A stretch of DNA of 64,000 nucleotides from Bdellovibrionota bacterium (GCA_963668355.1 OY764265.1:1472001-1536000), one strand, 5' to 3'; positions 1 through 12,997 are shown, counted from the stretch's first letter. Made by a program: numbers and translations. Notes: generated by a model from the letters alone, not told the origin.

Positions 1-449
1 GAGGGTTGGTTTCCTGGCCGGAGGACGCCAGCTCTTTGGAAGGTTTGATTCAAAACGCCGATGCTGCGTTGTACAAAGCCAAAGGAAACGGACGAAACCG
101 AATTGAAGTTCATGGAGGAGAGCGGCGACAGAGTCGGCGTGTAAAAGGGGAATTCATGACCATCTGTTCGATCCTTCCTCAAGTTCGACAAATTGCTTTT
201 ACAGAAGACTTAAGTGTCGGAGGGTTTGGACTCAAAGCAAGTAACCCCATGGCTCCGGGAAGCACCTTGGAATTTGAGCTTTCGTTGGAAAACGAAAAGC
301 CTCTTCATGCCTTTGGACAAGTTCGCTATCTGGAAGAAAACCCAAAAACCGGAGACTTTAAATATGGGGTGTCCATTGTCCGAATGTGCGCGCCGGATCG
401 CGCGAACTACCGTGGTTTCTTGGCGAATCTGATGCCTCGGAAGTTTTAA
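1..449 (+). CDS. GGDEF domain (C-terminal part) plus PilZ domain protein, 5'-truncated by the window edge
   Basis: 'LIQNADAALYKAKGNGRNR' is the typical GGDEF C-terminus; 'RRQSRR...EDLSVGG' matches the PilZ RxxxR and D/NxSxxG motifs. Confidence 0.85.
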   Translation, partial: GLVSWPEDASSLEGLIQNADAALYKAKGNGRNRIEVHGGERRQSRRVKGEFMTICSILPQVRQIAFTEDLSVGGFGLKASNPMAPGSTLEFELSLENEKPLHAFGQVRYLEENPKTGDFKYGVSIVRMCAPDRANYRGFLANLMPRKF

Positions 450-1183
450 GTAAGTCGTTTCTCGATCACGGACCGGACTTTCTTGGAGAGTTCGGTGACA
501 TTCATGTCAGATGAAACCGGAATGGGGTCTTCGAGATAGATTTTTAATGGTCCTGGATACATCACCCAATCATGTTTTCGCATGATTTCATAAGCTCCCA
601 CGAAAACCATTGGGACGATCGTCGCTTCGGTTTGAACCGCCAAATGAAAAGCTCCTTTTTTGAAGGGTTGGAGCTTTCCATCATAGGATCGTGTTCCTTC
701 TGGAACCACAACCACAGAAACCCCTTGTTCGAAGTATTCTTTGAGTCTCGCCAAAGATCGAATGGCAGAAGCCGTGTTTCCCCGTGGCGCGATGGGAACC
801 AGCCCGACCTTTCGAGCCATCAGCCCATATACGGGCCAATTAAAATGATCTTCTCTCTCCACTCCCCGGACTTTTCTCTTGAGAGCGTAATACATAAAGA
901 AGTGATCCAACATATTGATGTGATTGAAGACGATTAAATACGGTTTCTCCGGATCCAATTTTTCGAGACCTTCAACGCTCACCTTTACGCCCGTGCAAAA
1001 GACGAAAATTCGAATCATAAAATGAAGGAAGGGATCCAATTGAAGCGGTTTTAAGAACAAGCCCAGAATCAACACGCCCAAGGTCATCATGACCATTACG
1101 CTTCCACAAACGGCCCATAGAAAGACGGATCGAATTTTCGACCAAAGGGAATGGTGTCGATGCGGTCGCTCTTTCTGTGTCAT
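446..1183 (-). CDS. plsC: 1-acyl-sn-glycerol-3-phosphate acyltransferase
   Basis: NHxxxxD (NHINMLD), PEGTRS and FKKGAF motifs; N-terminal hydrophobic helix. Confidence 0.85.
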   Translation of the reverse strand: MTQKERPHRHHSLWSKIRSVFLWAVCGSVMVMMTLGVLILGLFLKPLQLDPFLHFMIRIFVFCTGVKVSVEGLEKLDPEKPYLIVFNHINMLDHFFMYYALKRKVRGVEREDHFNWPVYGLMARKVGLVPIAPRGNTASAIRSLARLKEYFEQGVSVVVVPEGTRSYDGKLQPFKKGAFHLAVQTEATIVPMVFVGAYEIMRKHDWVMYPGPLKIYLEDPIPVSSDMNVTELSKKVRSVIEKRLT

Positions 1184-4014
1184 GATAAGAGTCGTTTCAG
1201 ATATTGTCCTGTGTAAGATTTGGGTTCTCGGGCGATATCTTCCGGAGAGCCTTCAGCAATGATTCGGCCGCCTCGCTCACCACCTTCCGGACCGAGGTCA
1301 ATCACCCAGTCCGCTGTTTTGATGACGTCCAATTGGTGTTCAATGACGACCACCGTGTTTCCAGCATCCACGAGCTTATGTAAAACTTCGAGCAAATTTC
1401 GGATGTCTTCAAAATGTAATCCCGTGGTCGGTTCATCTAAAATATAAAGCGTTCTTCCGGTAGATCTCTTGGAAAGCTCCTTGGCCAATTTAATTCGTTG
1501 AGCTTCTCCTCCGGACAGGGTCGTTGCGGCTTGACCCAGGGTGATGTACCCGAGTCCGACTTCTCTCAATGTTTTGAGTTTTTCTCGGATGGATGGAACC
1601 CGTTCAAAAAACTCAGAAGCTTCTCGAACCGTCATGGAAAGCACGTCCGCAATTGATTTCCCACGATAGAGGACTTCCAAAGTTTCTCGATTGTAGCGAG
1701 CGCCGTGACAGGCCTCACAAGTGACAAAAATATCCGGAAGAAAATGCATTTCGATCTTAATCGTTCCATCTCCCGAACAGGTTTCGCATCGTCCTCCCTT
1801 TACATTGAAAGAGAAACGTCCGGGTTTGTAGCCTCGGGTTTTTGCCTCAGGAAGTTGGGAAAACAACTCTCGGATCGGCGTGAAGGCACCAATATACGTA
1901 GCCGGATTGGAGCGTGGTGTTCTACCGATCGGCGATTGGTCGATGTCGATGACTTTGTCGATATGTCGAAGTCCTTCGATTTTCTCGACTTCACCGGCAG
2001 GAACACGCGAATTTAAGAGGTGTTGTTTGAGGAGTGGAAAGAGTGTGTCGATCACAAGTGTCGATTTTCCAGAACCTGAAACCCCTGTGACGGCCACAAA
2101 ATTTCCCAGAGGTATGTTTACATCGATCGACTTGAGATTGTGCTCTCGGGCTCCCACAAGTTTTAAACTGACGTTATTCGAGTTTCTCCGTTGGGAAGGC
2201 ACGGGAATGCTCTTTCTTCCAGATAAATACTTTCCGGTTAAAGAGTTTGGATGATCAATGATGGCTTGGGGGGAGCCTTCTGCGACGATTTGGCCGCCAT
2301 GTCTTCCGGCTCCGGGCCCCAGGTCAATGACATGGTCTGCCTCTCGGATGGTGTCTTCGTCATGTTCGACCACCAAGACGGTATTTCCCATGTCTCGGAG
2401 ATGCTTTAGCGTGGACAATAAACGCTCGTTGTCTCTTTGGTGCAGGCCAATGGAAGGTTCATCCAAAATGTACAACACACCCATCAAGCCAGAGCCGATT
2501 TGCGTGGCCAGACGAATGCGCTGAGCCTCTCCTCCGGAAAGCGTTCCCGAAGTGCGGTTCAAATTCAAATAGTCCAAGCCCACATTGATGAGAAACGCCA
2601 ATCGCTGATTGATTTCCTTGAGGATCTTCTCGGCAATTTTCTGTTCATGTTCGGAAAGTTCCAAAGTTTGAAAGAAGGAAAAGGCTCGCGTAATCGTCAG
2701 TTCAGTGAGGTCCGCGATGTTCTGATCACCAACCTTGATGAAAAGAGACTCCTTTCGAAGCCTCTTTCCCTGGCAGCTTTCACAAGGAACGACACCCATG
2801 TACTTCTTTTCTAAGTCCTCCCGAAAATCATCGGATTCGCTTTCTCGATACCGTCTCATCAGACTTGGGATGACCCCTTCAAACACTTTTTCGTTCGTAT
2901 AACTGCTCTCTTCCATGTCGTAGCGAAAGCGGATCTTTTCCTTTTCGCTTCCATACAACACGATGTTCTGTGCTTTTTTGGAGAGCTTTTTCCAGGGAGC
3001 CCGCAAGTCAAAGTCAAAGTGATCGGCGAGCGCTTCCAAGGTTTGAAAATGGAAAAAAGACCATCGACTTTGCCAAGGGGCAATGGCCCCTTCTCGGAGA
3101 GACAAGGCTGGGTTGGGAACCACCAAGGAGGGGTCTAGAAACGTTTTTGTCCCCAGGCCTCCACAAGCTTCACAAGCCCCATACGGGTTGTTGAAAGAAA
3201 AAATTCGTGGCGTGATTTCGGGATACGAAACCCCACAGTCCGCACACGCAAAGTGCTCCGAAAACAAAATGTCCTTGGGCTTTTTTCCGAGAATGGTCGC
3301 TATGGCCAGTCCTTTTCCTGCGTGAAGCGCCGTTTCTACGGAGTCGGCCAAGCGTTTTCGAATCGTTTTCTTTACAATGAGACGATCCACAAAAACTTCA
3401 ATATTGTGTTTGTTGTTCTTGTTCAGTTCGATGCGTTCGCCCAATTCAAAAATTTCCCCGTTGACACGAACGCGCGTGAACCCATCTTTTTGAAGCTGCA
3501 ATAGCTCCTTTTGGTATTCTCCTTTTCGCCCGCGAACGATGGGGGCAAGGACGTGAACCTTTGTGCCTTCTTCAAAATCCATGATCTGGTCGACAATCTG
3601 TGAAGCCGACTGGGATTGAATGGGTTTTCCACATTCATAACAATGTGCGTGTCCGACTCGGGCAAACAAAAGCCGGAGATAGTCATAAATTTCTGTGACC
3701 GTACCCACCGTTGATCGGGGATTGCGAGAAGCGCTTCGTTGCTCGATGGATATAGCGGGAGAAAGGCCTTCAATGGATTCGATGTCGGGTTTTTCCATTT
3801 GCTCCAAAAACTGTCGTGCATATGCAGACAGAGACTCGACATATCGACGTTGTCCTTCGGCATAAATGGTGTCAAAGGCAAGAGACGATTTTCCGGATCC
3901 CGACAATCCGGTGATGACCACCAACTGATCCCGAGGGATCGTGACATCAATGTCTTTCAGGTTGTGTTGTCTTGCCCCTTTGACAACGATGGCTTTGGGC
4001 TCAGAGTTACCCAT
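1180..4014 (-). CDS. uvrA: Excinuclease ABC subunit A
   Basis: GARQHNLK, two Walker A motifs ([16 protein letters not shown]), LSGGEAQRI twice, zinc-finger cysteines. Confidence 0.99.
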   Translation of the reverse strand: MGNSEPKAIVVKGARQHNLKDIDVTIPRDQLVVITGLSGSGKSSLAFDTIYAEGQRRYVESLSAYARQFLEQMEKPDIESIEGLSPAISIEQRSASRNPRSTVGTVTEIYDYLRLLFARVGHAHCYECGKPIQSQSASQIVDQIMDFEEGTKVHVLAPIVRGRKGEYQKELLQLQKDGFTRVRVNGEIFELGERIELNKNNKHNIEVFVDRLIVKKTIRKRLADSVETALHAGKGLAIATILGKKPKDILFSEHFACADCGVSYPEITPRIFSFNNPYGACEACGGLGTKTFLDPSLVVPNPALSLREGAIAPWQSRWSFFHFQTLEALADHFDFDLRAPWKKLSKKAQNIVLYGSEKEKIRFRYDMEESSYTNEKVFEGVIPSLMRRYRESESDDFREDLEKKYMGVVPCESCQGKRLRKESLFIKVGDQNIADLTELTITRAFSFFQTLELSEHEQKIAEKILKEINQRLAFLINVGLDYLNLNRTSGTLSGGEAQRIRLATQIGSGLMGVLYILDEPSIGLHQRDNERLLSTLKHLRDMGNTVLVVEHDEDTIREADHVIDLGPGAGRHGGQIVAEGSPQAIIDHPNSLTGKYLSGRKSIPVPSQRRNSNNVSLKLVGAREHNLKSIDVNIPLGNFVAVTGVSGSGKSTLVIDTLFPLLKQHLLNSRVPAGEVEKIEGLRHIDKVIDIDQSPIGRTPRSNPATYIGAFTPIRELFSQLPEAKTRGYKPGRFSFNVKGGRCETCSGDGTIKIEMHFLPDIFVTCEACHGARYNRETLEVLYRGKSIADVLSMTVREASEFFERVPSIREKLKTLREVGLGYITLGQAATTLSGGEAQRIKLAKELSKRSTGRTLYILDEPTTGLHFEDIRNLLEVLHKLVDAGNTVVVIEHQLDVIKTADWVIDLGPEGGERGGRIIAEGSPEDIAREPKSYTGQYLKRLLS

Positions 4015-5443
4015 TTTCTACAAAATTCCGAGCCGCTTGAACCATGGATTCACTGGCCTCAAGCGATTCTGTTTCCGCATAGAGCCGAAAGATTGGCTCT
4101 GTTCCGGACTTTCGAATGAGTAGCCAGCTTCCATCTTTGAGATAGAACTTGAATCCGTCCAGTGTGGATAGAACATCCACCTCTCGACCGTCCCACTCGC
4201 TGGGTGGGTTTTTGGTCAACTTCTCCATGGCCTTCTTGGCTTGGTTTTCCTCCAACTTGAGGTCCAAACGAACGAACTGATAGGGACGATATTCTTTGCA
4301 CAAGTCTTCATAGACTGCACGAAGACGTTTCCCGGTTTTGGCCATGACTTCAAGAAGAAGAAGACCCGTTAAGAAGCCATCTCGGTCGGGGATGTGATCC
4401 ATCATTCCAATTCCACCGGATTCTTCTCCTCCGATATCCGCTTTCCCGGCCAACATTTCCTCGGCAATATGTTTGAAGCCTACGGGAGTTTCGATACATT
4501 GCTTTCCAGCCTTTTCGGCAATCAAATCCACCATTCGTGTCGTGGATGCACTTCGCGAAATCGACCAACTTTTTCCGCGGTGTTTCAACATATGCCAATA
4601 CGCAACGGATAGAATCATTTGAGTGGTGAAGGGATTTCCATCTTCGTCTACGGCACCCAGTCGGTCACCATCTCCGTCGGGCGCGAGTCCGCAAGCGAGC
4701 TTATGGTCTTTCACGAGTTGACAAAGTTCAGGAAGGTTTTTTCCAATGGGCTCAGGCGCGACGCCACGAAATCCCGGGTTTTCTTCTGCGTGAATTTCTT
4801 CAACCTCGATTCCCAGAGAACGCAAAAAGTTGGCGTAATGTCCAGAGGCAGCCCCGTGCATGGCATCAATCCCAACCTTGGCTCCCAAGCCGCGAATGAG
4901 ATCCAAATCAATGTGCTCTTTCACCGCTTCTAAATATTCAGCCATGGGGTTGAAATGTTTAATTTTGCCTTGTTCAAAAAGGGCGTGAAATTCTTCGTGA
5001 GCAACGGCTTCGAAACCACTTTTTTGAAGTTCAACAATTCGGTTTTCAAATTTTTCGGTCAAGGCCGGTCTGGCGGAACCTCCAAAGGTTTCTTTGAACT
5101 TAAACCCATTCCAAGTGGGCGGGTTATGGCTTGCCGTGATCATGGTTGCGCCGACCACGCCGGGTTTGTTTTTGGCACACCACGCAATGGTGGGAGTTGG
5201 GAAAAACTGTTCCCCAATCCAAACTTCATATCCTTCTTTGGCATACGTTGCGGCGGCGACTTCCGCAAACGTGTTGGATAAAAAGCGTCGGTCATAACCA
5301 ATGACCATGATCTTTCGGTCCGGGAGTTCTTTTTTCATAACGTCGGCCACAGCCTTTGCCACAAAACTCACGCTTTCATACGTGTAGTCCTTTGCGATCA
5401 ATGCACGCCAACCATCGGTTCCAAATTTTACTGTTGTTTTCAT
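4007..5443 (-). CDS. Phosphoglucomutase/phosphomannomutase family protein
   Basis: FGTDGWR, TASHNP phosphoserine loop, DGDGDR metal loop, GEESGG, RKSGTEP. Confidence 0.95.
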   Translation of the reverse strand: MKTTVKFGTDGWRALIAKDYTYESVSFVAKAVADVMKKELPDRKIMVIGYDRRFLSNTFAEVAAATYAKEGYEVWIGEQFFPTPTIAWCAKNKPGVVGATMITASHNPPTWNGFKFKETFGGSARPALTEKFENRIVELQKSGFEAVAHEEFHALFEQGKIKHFNPMAEYLEAVKEHIDLDLIRGLGAKVGIDAMHGAASGHYANFLRSLGIEVEEIHAEENPGFRGVAPEPIGKNLPELCQLVKDHKLACGLAPDGDGDRLGAVDEDGNPFTTQMILSVAYWHMLKHRGKSWSISRSASTTRMVDLIAEKAGKQCIETPVGFKHIAEEMLAGKADIGGEESGGIGMMDHIPDRDGFLTGLLLLEVMAKTGKRLRAVYEDLCKEYRPYQFVRLDLKLEENQAKKAMEKLTKNPPSEWDGREVDVLSTLDGFKFYLKDGSWLLIRKSGTEPIFRLYAETESLEASESMVQAARNFVENG

Positions 5444-6396
5444 GAGTTCAATCTCCCAGTTATTGCAATGTTGAGAGCCCGTTGAAAGCTCCGAAGTTCA
5501 AGATTCTGATTTCCGACGCGGTCATAAGCGACGCCATGTCCTGGAGAAGTACGAAGGAAGGGAAGTCCCAACGTGATGTTAACGACATGTTCCAATCCTG
5601 GATACTTCACCGCGACCAAACCCTGGTCATGGTAGGGCGAAATGATCACGTCCCACGTGCCTTTTCGCGCAAGTGCAAACAAAGTGTCTGCCGGAAAGGG
5701 GCCTTCCACTCGAAGTCCCTTTTTGGAAAGTTTTTCAATGACAGGAAAAAAAACCGTATTTTCTTCTGGGTGATCGGAAATTTCTCCAGCATGGGGATTC
5801 AGTGCGGCCACGGCGATTCGAGGATGCTCCACGCCAAAATGCTTTTGAAAATGCTTGGCCGTGGTGAGAATCGTGGATTCCAACCGTTCTTGGGTTACTG
5901 CGGACGAAACTTCCAAAAGAGGAATATGGTCAGTGACCATCGCAACACGAATTTCGCGATTGTCCATGAGCATGACCGTATTGGAACAGCCCACTTTTTC
6001 TTGAAGGTAGCCCGTGTGGCCCTGAAAATTCGGTAAAAGATTTCGGATCACGGATTTGTCCAAAGGAGCCGTGACCAAGGCGTCATGATGTCGATCCAGA
6101 CAACTTTGGATGCCACGATCCAAAGAGGCGATGACCATTTGGGCCCGATCCGCTGTCGTGGAAAATGTGCTTTTCTCTAATTCTTCAGAGACCTCGACGA
6201 ACGAAATCGAACGATCCAGCTGCTCCCAAGGTAGAGGAATATCCATTCTGTGTGCGATATGCGTGAACCAAGTTCGGCTTCCAAAAATCGATACTTCAAC
6301 GTCAGAGGGAAGATCCTCTCGGTTGAGCGTTCGAAGAATGAGTTCGGGGCCAATTCCCAGAGGCTCACCCATGGTTATGGCAATTTTCTTTCTCAA
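5440..6396 (-). CDS. pdxA: 4-hydroxythreonine-4-phosphate dehydrogenase
   Basis: TMGEPLGIGPE, GHT, LNPHAGE, PADT, YHDQGL, NITLGLPFLRTSPGHG; follows surA as in the conserved operon. Confidence 0.95.
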   Translation of the reverse strand: MRKKIAITMGEPLGIGPELILRTLNREDLPSDVEVSIFGSRTWFTHIAHRMDIPLPWEQLDRSISFVEVSEELEKSTFSTTADRAQMVIASLDRGIQSCLDRHHDALVTAPLDKSVIRNLLPNFQGHTGYLQEKVGCSNTVMLMDNREIRVAMVTDHIPLLEVSSAVTQERLESTILTTAKHFQKHFGVEHPRIAVAALNPHAGEISDHPEENTVFFPVIEKLSKKGLRVEGPFPADTLFALARKGTWDVIISPYHDQGLVAVKYPGLEHVVNITLGLPFLRTSPGHGVAYDRVGNQNLELRSFQRALNIAITGRLNS

Positions 6397-7349
6397 AGAT
6401 TCACCTTAATATGGGCTTTGTCTCGCAGCGCCCGAACAAAACTGTCAAACTCTCGGGCAGTTTCTCTTTCGGTGAGTTCGGCCTCCAGAGCTTTTTTTCG
6501 TGTTTCGGACAGGGCCTTCGTTTTTTCGGAAACTTTTTCGACCAATTGAAGCAAATAGTAGCCTTCTGGGGTTTCGATGACCGGGGAAGTTTCTCCGGGC
6601 TTGAGTTTCTTGAGTTCTTTTCCCAAAGCGGGAAGCATTTCATCTGGATTGACATTCCCAATCAACCCTCCCTTTTCTTTCCCGGGACCTTCGGTCTCCG
6701 TTTTGGCCAATTGTGAGAAGGGTACGCCCGCTTCAATTCTTCGCTTCAACCGAGAAATGTTTTTTTTCGCTTGTTTTGAGGAGGATTTGGAAAGAAAAAT
6801 CATTCGGGTTTTCCATAGCCACGTTTTCTCTGAATCCAATTGTTCTCTCCGAAATGCAGCTTGAATGTCTTCATCCGTCACTTGCACACGGGGACGAATG
6901 GCGTCATTCATGAGTTGTGAAGTTTCAATCTGCCTTTTCAGGTTGCTTCGATACGTCTCCAGCGTTAGGCCTTCTTGCTCTAGGGCCTTTTTTAGCTCGT
7001 CTGTGGAACGAATGCCGTTCTGCTGCATGACGCCCGCAATGGCTCGATCAATCATGGCATCATTCGCTTTGAGTCCGCGGGTTTCGATTTCGGACTCCAC
7101 AAGTTTTTCATTGATGAGTTGGTCCAAAACGTTTTTTTGAATTTCTTTGGGAGAGCCCAAATCTTTCAGACGACTCTGTTTTTTCATCTCCTTTTTCAAG
7201 TTCTTGATGCTTCGGTCCAACTCAGACTGCAAAATAATCGAGTCGTTCACAACAGCCACAATGCGCTCAACGAGCTTGGCCTCTGCCATCGAAGGCAGCG
7301 AGAAAAAAAAGATGAAAAGAAAACTAGTTAATTTTTGCCAGCAAGCCAT
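6393..7349 (-). CDS. surA: SurA-like periplasmic chaperone/PPIase
   Basis: Signal peptide, 'ERIVAVVNDSIILQSEL' SurA N-domain, parvulin-like domain; start placed at MACWQK, overlapping the upstream stop. Confidence 0.8.
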   Translation of the reverse strand: MACWQKLTSFLFIFFFSLPSMAEAKLVERIVAVVNDSIILQSELDRSIKNLKKEMKKQSRLKDLGSPKEIQKNVLDQLINEKLVESEIETRGLKANDAMIDRAIAGVMQQNGIRSTDELKKALEQEGLTLETYRSNLKRQIETSQLMNDAIRPRVQVTDEDIQAAFRREQLDSEKTWLWKTRMIFLSKSSSKQAKKNISRLKRRIEAGVPFSQLAKTETEGPGKEKGGLIGNVNPDEMLPALGKELKKLKPGETSPVIETPEGYYLLQLVEKVSEKTKALSETRKKALEAELTERETAREFDSFVRALRDKAHIKVNL

Positions 7350-8259
7350 GGTTCCTCTCAATTTTCGCTTTCGAAAGAATCGACCTTCGCCAGGCGGCAA
7401 ATTTTTCTTCTCGATCCTTCTGGGTCAAAATAGGTGTGATTAAAGGGGTCGCTTCTTCGAGCGTGAGTTTCTCGGGTTTTTTTCGTTCCAATAGCGTCAC
7501 AATGTGAAAACCGTAGTCTGTTGAAATCACATCGCTTGTGTGATTCTTTTTGAGTTTCGGTAAGGCTTTTTGAATGGGCTCGGGAAGAATGTCGACGGAA
7601 ACCCATCCCAAATCTCCTCCTTGTGCTGCCTCGGGAGTGAAGGAGTGATTTTGAGCCAGAACGTCGAAGGGTACGCCTTTCTTAAGTTCCGTCAGAATTC
7701 GCTCTCCATCTTCTTCGGTTTTGACGACGATTTGTTTCAGGTGGACTTGAGCTTCGTGAGAAAACTCATCCTGGTGTTCGTTATAGTAAAGTTCAATGTC
7801 TTTGGCGGATGGGGTGGGAATGTTTTCCGTTACTTTTTCAATCACTTTTTCCATCAAAATATTCAATTTGATTCGTTCTCGAAATCGGGACAGAGAAATT
7901 TTTTCCTGAGCCAGTTGTTTCTCAAAGGACCCCTTGGGATAGTCTTTCTGAATCACGTTCATACGTTCTTCGAGATCTTGAGGGGCAACTTCAATGTTTT
8001 GCTTTTCAGCCTCCTCAAGCATGACCTTCTCTTCAATCAACTCATTTAAGACGCGTTTTTTAAGCTCCATGTTCTGAGGGGAGGCCATTAAAGCAGAGTG
8101 AGGTCCCACGCGATATTCATTGAGCCGATCTTCAAAAGATCGGGCCGAAATGTTTTTCCCGTTGACGCGGGCCACAACATTGGACTTTTGAGAAACGGAG
8201 CAGCCGCTTCCCATCGCGATTCCAAGGCTAAGAACAAGAGCTGTGAGTAGAGACATCAT
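7324..8259 (-). CDS. Parvulin-type peptidyl-prolyl isomerase lipoprotein (PrsA/SurA-like)
   Basis: Lipobox-like GSGC, VVARVNG, 'FDVLAQNHS..QGGDLGW', YGFHIV. Confidence 0.88.
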   Translation of the reverse strand: MMSLLTALVLSLGIAMGSGCSVSQKSNVVARVNGKNISARSFEDRLNEYRVGPHSALMASPQNMELKKRVLNELIEEKVMLEEAEKQNIEVAPQDLEERMNVIQKDYPKGSFEKQLAQEKISLSRFRERIKLNILMEKVIEKVTENIPTPSAKDIELYYNEHQDEFSHEAQVHLKQIVVKTEEDGERILTELKKGVPFDVLAQNHSFTPEAAQGGDLGWVSVDILPEPIQKALPKLKKNHTSDVISTDYGFHIVTLLERKKPEKLTLEEATPLITPILTQKDREEKFAAWRRSILSKAKIERNHGLLAKIN

Positions 8260-9137
8260 GAGGAGGGCAACGCCTTCTTTCGAATTTGAACTTTTTGGAT
8301 TTGATCGTGATCAATCTCGATCGAAGCCTCGTTCTCCAAACGTTGAAGAAACTGCTGCGCCAGGTCCCTTTGCTTTTTGAATCCCAGGCGGGACTTCACT
8401 TCCTCCTTGAAATAGGCGAATCCGCGCTTGGCATCGATCAGGCGAATGATGTGAAAACCAAATTGTGTTTCCACCACGCCACTTAATCCCCCTTTTTCAG
8501 GAATGGCAAAGGCCGCTTCACTAAACGGACGGACCATCCGCGTTCGATTGAACCAGCCTAAGTCTCCTCCGGTTTGAGCGTTAGCCAAGTCTTGCGAGTA
8601 TTTTTTAGCCAATTCTTTGAAATATTCGGGTGAGTTCTTTTTTTTGAGCTGAGAAAGGATGTCTTCAGCCTTTTTACGAGCTTTTTCGAGAGAGGCTTCG
8701 TCATTTTTCTTTTCGGGCTTGATCAAAATATGGGCTGCGTGGACCTCCTCGATTTGGTGGCGATGGCCCTCGAAATAGGCTTTACACTCTTCATCACTTG
8801 GAGGGGTGGCGTGCTCTTGCATGTAGGCTTGGAGAAACGCTTTGGCCAAGGCCCGTTTGACCGACTCCGACTTCAGGAGGCGCTTGTTTTTTAGGGCTTC
8901 CTGGAAGAGGAGTTCTTCTCGAATCATCTCGTTCAAGAATTGGGTTTTCTTCTCGGCCGACGTAAATTTTCGACCGGGCAAATGTGTGGTGGCATTGATG
9001 GCCTTTTCAAATTGATCCAAGGTGATGGAGGCATCATTCACTTTAGCGACCCAGCTTGAAGAAGAGGAAGATCCCCCACAAGCCGCCAAAAATAAGCAGC
9101 CTAGGCAAAAATAATATTGAATACGAAAACGTCGCAA
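8256..9137 (-). CDS. Parvulin-type peptidyl-prolyl isomerase lipoprotein
   Basis: LAAC lipobox, HAAHILI, 'FKELAKKYSQD..GGDLGWF', QFGFHII. Confidence 0.92.
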   Translation of the reverse strand: MRRFRIQYYFCLGCLFLAACGGSSSSSSWVAKVNDASITLDQFEKAINATTHLPGRKFTSAEKKTQFLNEMIREELLFQEALKNKRLLKSESVKRALAKAFLQAYMQEHATPPSDEECKAYFEGHRHQIEEVHAAHILIKPEKKNDEASLEKARKKAEDILSQLKKKNSPEYFKELAKKYSQDLANAQTGGDLGWFNRTRMVRPFSEAAFAIPEKGGLSGVVETQFGFHIIRLIDAKRGFAYFKEEVKSRLGFKKQRDLAQQFLQRLENEASIEIDHDQIQKVQIRKKALPSS

Positions 9138-9202
9138 TTCATTTTCTCCTTAAAATTAATGCACCGCACCAATTCCATGTTTGGGAATCCGTTATAAACG
9201 AA

Positions 9203-12200
9203 TTAGAGTTGGTTGAGAATCTCCTTCATGGTCCCCGTGGGACTCTGCTCGGGAGCCAGTGAGATGACCAAGCGCTGTGTGGGCGTTAGCTGAAGCCTTC
9301 GGTCCCGTTGAATCATGTCCAGAATTTTATTTAAATGTGGGGCCGCCCGGTCGGTAAATTGAATGAAGGGGTGAGAGCCGGAGAGAGAAAGAACGGATGC
9401 TCCGGCCCGGCGAGCCAAAATCTTTAACTCAATGATATTAAACAAGTTTTTGACTGTTGGCGGAATGGCACCGAATCGGTCTACCAGTTCGGATTTCAGT
9501 TCTTCCTGTTCTTCCTCGTTTTTGGCTGAGGCCAGGCGTTTGTAAAGGAGGAGTCGCTCACCGGTACTGTCCACATAGTCTTCCGGAATGAACGAAGGGA
9601 TGTCGGACCGTACTTCTGGATCAATATCTTCTTCGACCTTTTCGCCCTTAAGACGACGGACCTCTTTTTCCAAGAGCTGCGTGTACAATTCCAATCCAAT
9701 GGCGGCAATGTGACCCGATTGCTTGGATCCGAGAAGATTTCCCGCCCCACGAATCTCCAGGTCGTGCAAGGCAATTTTCAGTCCGGAGCCTAGATCCGTG
9801 AAGCGTTTGAGGACTTTCAAACGTCGATAAGCCTGCTGTCCCACCAAATCCTCCGCCGGAACCAGGAGATATGCGTAAGCTTCTCGGGTGGAGCGACCGA
9901 CGCGTCCTCGAAGTTGATAGAGCTGAGCCAAACCGAATGTGTCAGCTCGATTGACAATGATGGTGTTGGCATTGGGAATGTCCAAACCCGATTCGATGAT
10001 GGTGGTGCAGAGCAGGACGTCATACTCATGCCGCATGAAGCGGAGAATCTGTTTCTCCAACGTCCGTTCATTCATCTGTCCATGGGCGATTTCAATTTTC
10101 ACTTCAGGGAGCAGGCGTTGCAAATATCGCCCGACCGCATTGATGGTTTCCACGCGGTTATGAACAAAAAAGACCTGACCTCCACGGTTAGTTTCTTTTA
10201 GCACTGCACCCCGAATGGTGGGGTCTTCAAATTTACACAAGTATGTCGCGATGGCTTTGCGATCTAAGGGTGGCGTATTGATGACCGATAGATCTCGAAT
10301 GCCCGCGATCGACATTTGAAGGGTTCGAGGAATGGGCGTAGCGGTGAGAGTGAGCACGTCCACGTTCGCTCGAATTTCCTTAATGCGCTCTTTGTGTTTT
10401 ACGCCAAAGCGATGTTCTTCATCGATGACCAAGAGGCCCAATTGGCTAAAGCGAACATCTTGAGAAAGAAGACGATGGGTTCCGATGACAATGTCTAAGG
10501 TTCCCTTGGCCAATTCCTCCAATACCGTTTTTTGCTCGGCTTTGGACTTAAAGCGGCTTAGAAAATCTACCGTTACGGGGTAATCTTTGAGCCGATCTTT
10601 AAACGTCTCATAATGTTGCTGGGCCAGAACCGTGGTGGGCACCAAAAGCGCCACTTGTCGTCCTTCCATGGCGGCACGAAAAGCAGCTCGGAGAGCGACT
10701 TCGGTTTTGCCAAAACCCACATCCCCGCAAATGAGGCGATCGGTGGGTTTGTCGGATTCTAAGTCTTGGTTCACCTCTTGAATGGCTCGCTGTTGATCTG
10801 GCGTTTCATCAAAAGGAAATGAATTTTCAAAGGAAGCGTAGGTGGCATCGGGCGCGCCCAATCCCTTTTGGGAGGACACTTTTCGTTTGGCATAAAGCTC
10901 GATAAGTTCGCGAGCCATTTCTTCTACCGCTTTTTGAGCTTTCTTCTTGGTTTTGGCCCAAGCCGATTTATTACCTAAGCGATCCAGTTTGGGGTGACTG
11001 CGATCGGCACCCAAGTATTTTTGAATGCGGTTTAAGCGATCGACGGGAAGGTAGAGTTTGTCTTGGCCGGCAAATTCAATATGCAAAAAGTCATTGGCGA
11101 TGGGGCCAATCGTCATGCGTTCCAACCCACGATAGACGCCCACGCCAAAGTCAATATGGACAATGGGATCTCCCGGCGTGAGTTCGGAAACTGAACCAAA
11201 AAAGTCTTCGCGTGATACTTCTTTGGTTGCGGAATGTTTTCGTTCACCGAACAGGTCTTCTTCCGTCAGGAAAACCAAATGTTCGCTTTCAAAATCAAAC
11301 CCCCGCTTTAAATCTCCCAGAAGTATGGCCGATACGGCGTCGCCTCGAAGGGCCTTTGCTGGAGGAATCACAGGCAAAGAGGGAAGATGTTCTTGAAGAA
11401 GGTTTTGGATTCGTTTCGCCCCATCGTCACTGCGCGCGACCCAAAGCACGCGTGAACCGTTTTCTTTCCAGGTGCTTAATTTTTCTAAAAGGGGAGCCAG
11501 GGGCTCGGGGGAGCGAGATTGCTTTTGAAGGGATTGGGAAAGGTGTTCATGCAGCTCAGTTTTGGCGTGTTGCTGAAGCTCAGCGTTCTCGGGCGTGTCG
11601 ACCAGTACGTCGGCAAGTTGAAGTGAGGTTCTTGGCCAGGCCCATTCCGAAAACTGTGCAAAGGGAACGGCCAGTTCAGCTGGGTCATAAGCCAAGCGAG
11701 ATTCGGTTTCATGGCTTTGGGCTACTTGGACAAAGAGTTCTTCCAGTTCTTTTTCGCGTTGCTCCCGCGCGAAGGGGTCGATTTGAATGCAGGTGGTGTT
11801 TTTGGGCAGGTAGTCGGTCAGTGGTTGGCCTTCGGGAAAGAAGAGGGGAAAGAGGCTTTCCATGAGCGGTGAGTATCGACCATCGCGCAGAGCTTCATCA
11901 ATTTCAAGGCGCGCGGCCGGGGGAAGGTTTCGGCGATCGCTTAAGTTTTTAAGGCGAGAGCGGTAGGTTTCAAGCTTGGCCGAATCGAAAAGAATTTCGC
12001 GGCAGGGCATCCACAGGGTTTCTTCCAAGGGCTTAAGGGTTCTCTGGGTTTGGGGATCAAAGGTTTTGATGGACTCCACGGTGTCGCCAAAGAATTCCAG
12101 GCGAACGGGCTCTCTCATATGGGGCGAGAATAAATCAATCACGCCACCTCGAATGGCCAAGGTTCCGGGTTCTTCGACGCGGGGTTCACGGTCATAGCCT

Positions 12201-12637
12201 GCGGCAATCAGGTTGCGCGTGAAGGTTTCGATATCCAGGTCGGTTTCGGTTTTGATGACGCCGGTGTGGGTGAGAAAGAATTCAATGGGTAGGGTTTTTT
12301 GTACCGCCGCATGAAGTGAAGTCACCACCACGGTTTTTTCGGGCTGTTGAATGAGGCGTGAAAGCGTGGAGACTCTTTTCCAGGCGATGTGAAGGGCGGG
12401 AAGGCGAGAGGGGTCCAAATCCGTAGGCCGTTCGGAGTAACGGTGAAGGGTTAGGTCGGCGGGGAAGAGTCCGGAAAAGAAGGAGAGCTCGTCAAAAACC
12501 GCCCGAGCCTGGTCTTCGGTAGGGCAGAGAACAAGCGCAGGAGACTCAATCTCCTGGAGCTCTTTAGCCAGAACGTAGGCCAAGGAAGAGCCTCTAAGGC
12601 CCGACCATTGACGAAGATTTCGCGTGTTCCCTTCCAC
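9203..12637 (-). CDS. mfd: Transcription-repair coupling factor
   Basis: UvrB-like N-terminus (IRGGVIDLF), RID domain, [34 protein letters not shown] motif. Confidence 0.99.
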   Translation of the reverse strand: MEGNTRNLRQWSGLRGSSLAYVLAKELQEIESPALVLCPTEDQARAVFDELSFFSGLFPADLTLHRYSERPTDLDPSRLPALHIAWKRVSTLSRLIQQPEKTVVVTSLHAAVQKTLPIEFFLTHTGVIKTETDLDIETFTRNLIAAGYDREPRVEEPGTLAIRGGVIDLFSPHMREPVRLEFFGDTVESIKTFDPQTQRTLKPLEETLWMPCREILFDSAKLETYRSRLKNLSDRRNLPPAARLEIDEALRDGRYSPLMESLFPLFFPEGQPLTDYLPKNTTCIQIDPFAREQREKELEELFVQVAQSHETESRLAYDPAELAVPFAQFSEWAWPRTSLQLADVLVDTPENAELQQHAKTELHEHLSQSLQKQSRSPEPLAPLLEKLSTWKENGSRVLWVARSDDGAKRIQNLLQEHLPSLPVIPPAKALRGDAVSAILLGDLKRGFDFESEHLVFLTEEDLFGERKHSATKEVSREDFFGSVSELTPGDPIVHIDFGVGVYRGLERMTIGPIANDFLHIEFAGQDKLYLPVDRLNRIQKYLGADRSHPKLDRLGNKSAWAKTKKKAQKAVEEMARELIELYAKRKVSSQKGLGAPDATYASFENSFPFDETPDQQRAIQEVNQDLESDKPTDRLICGDVGFGKTEVALRAAFRAAMEGRQVALLVPTTVLAQQHYETFKDRLKDYPVTVDFLSRFKSKAEQKTVLEELAKGTLDIVIGTHRLLSQDVRFSQLGLLVIDEEHRFGVKHKERIKEIRANVDVLTLTATPIPRTLQMSIAGIRDLSVINTPPLDRKAIATYLCKFEDPTIRGAVLKETNRGGQVFFVHNRVETINAVGRYLQRLLPEVKIEIAHGQMNERTLEKQILRFMRHEYDVLLCTTIIESGLDIPNANTIIVNRADTFGLAQLYQLRGRVGRSTREAYAYLLVPAEDLVGQQAYRRLKVLKRFTDLGSGLKIALHDLEIRGAGNLLGSKQSGHIAAIGLELYTQLLEKEVRRLKGEKVEEDIDPEVRSDIPSFIPEDYVDSTGERLLLYKRLASAKNEEEQEELKSELVDRFGAIPPTVKNLFNIIELKILARRAGASVLSLSGSHPFIQFTDRAAPHLNKILDMIQRDRRLQLTPTQRLVISLAPEQSPTGTMKEILNQL

Positions 12638-12697
12638 AGCGCGCGCACCATATCGCCTTAGGCTAAATCCTCAAGTCAAACTGGGGAAGGGGGACTA

Positions 12698-12880
12698 GTC
12701 CCGCCGTAGCCTCGGCGAAGGCGGACGCCCCGGCGCCGGATGGTATCTGTGGGCCCCTCCGCCCGGTGTGGATCCTCCCACAGATACCATCTGTCACCGT
12801 GACGTTCAGGAGCTGAGAAGGTTCTGCTTGTCCTGTCGTAGCCTTTGCGAAGCAGGATCCGACCCCTCGCGCCACCCTTT
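12698..12880. repeat. Cluster of REP-like palindromes upstream of mfd
   Basis: Related hairpins gtcccgccgtagcctcggcgaaggcggac (12698-12726) and gtcctgtcgtagcctttgcgaagcaggat (12830-12858); perfect 15-bp inverted repeat gatggtatctgtggg (12739-12753)/cccacagataccatc (12777-12791). Confidence 0.8.
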
Positions 12881-12997
12881 AGGTTTTATGACTCTTCTGA
12901 AGGTGTTTATTAAAGAACACTTCCGAAGGTTTTGCCAGGCACGGAATTTATTAAGTTGTGCGTTGCCAGAGTAAGAATTTTTCTGATGCTCAAAGGT

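Noticed and set aside
572..12197. Numerous antisense and alternate-frame ORFs inside uvrA, mfd and other core genes, and likewise across the window
   Set aside because: Shadow ORFs fully overlapping well-supported genes, with no motifs of their own.
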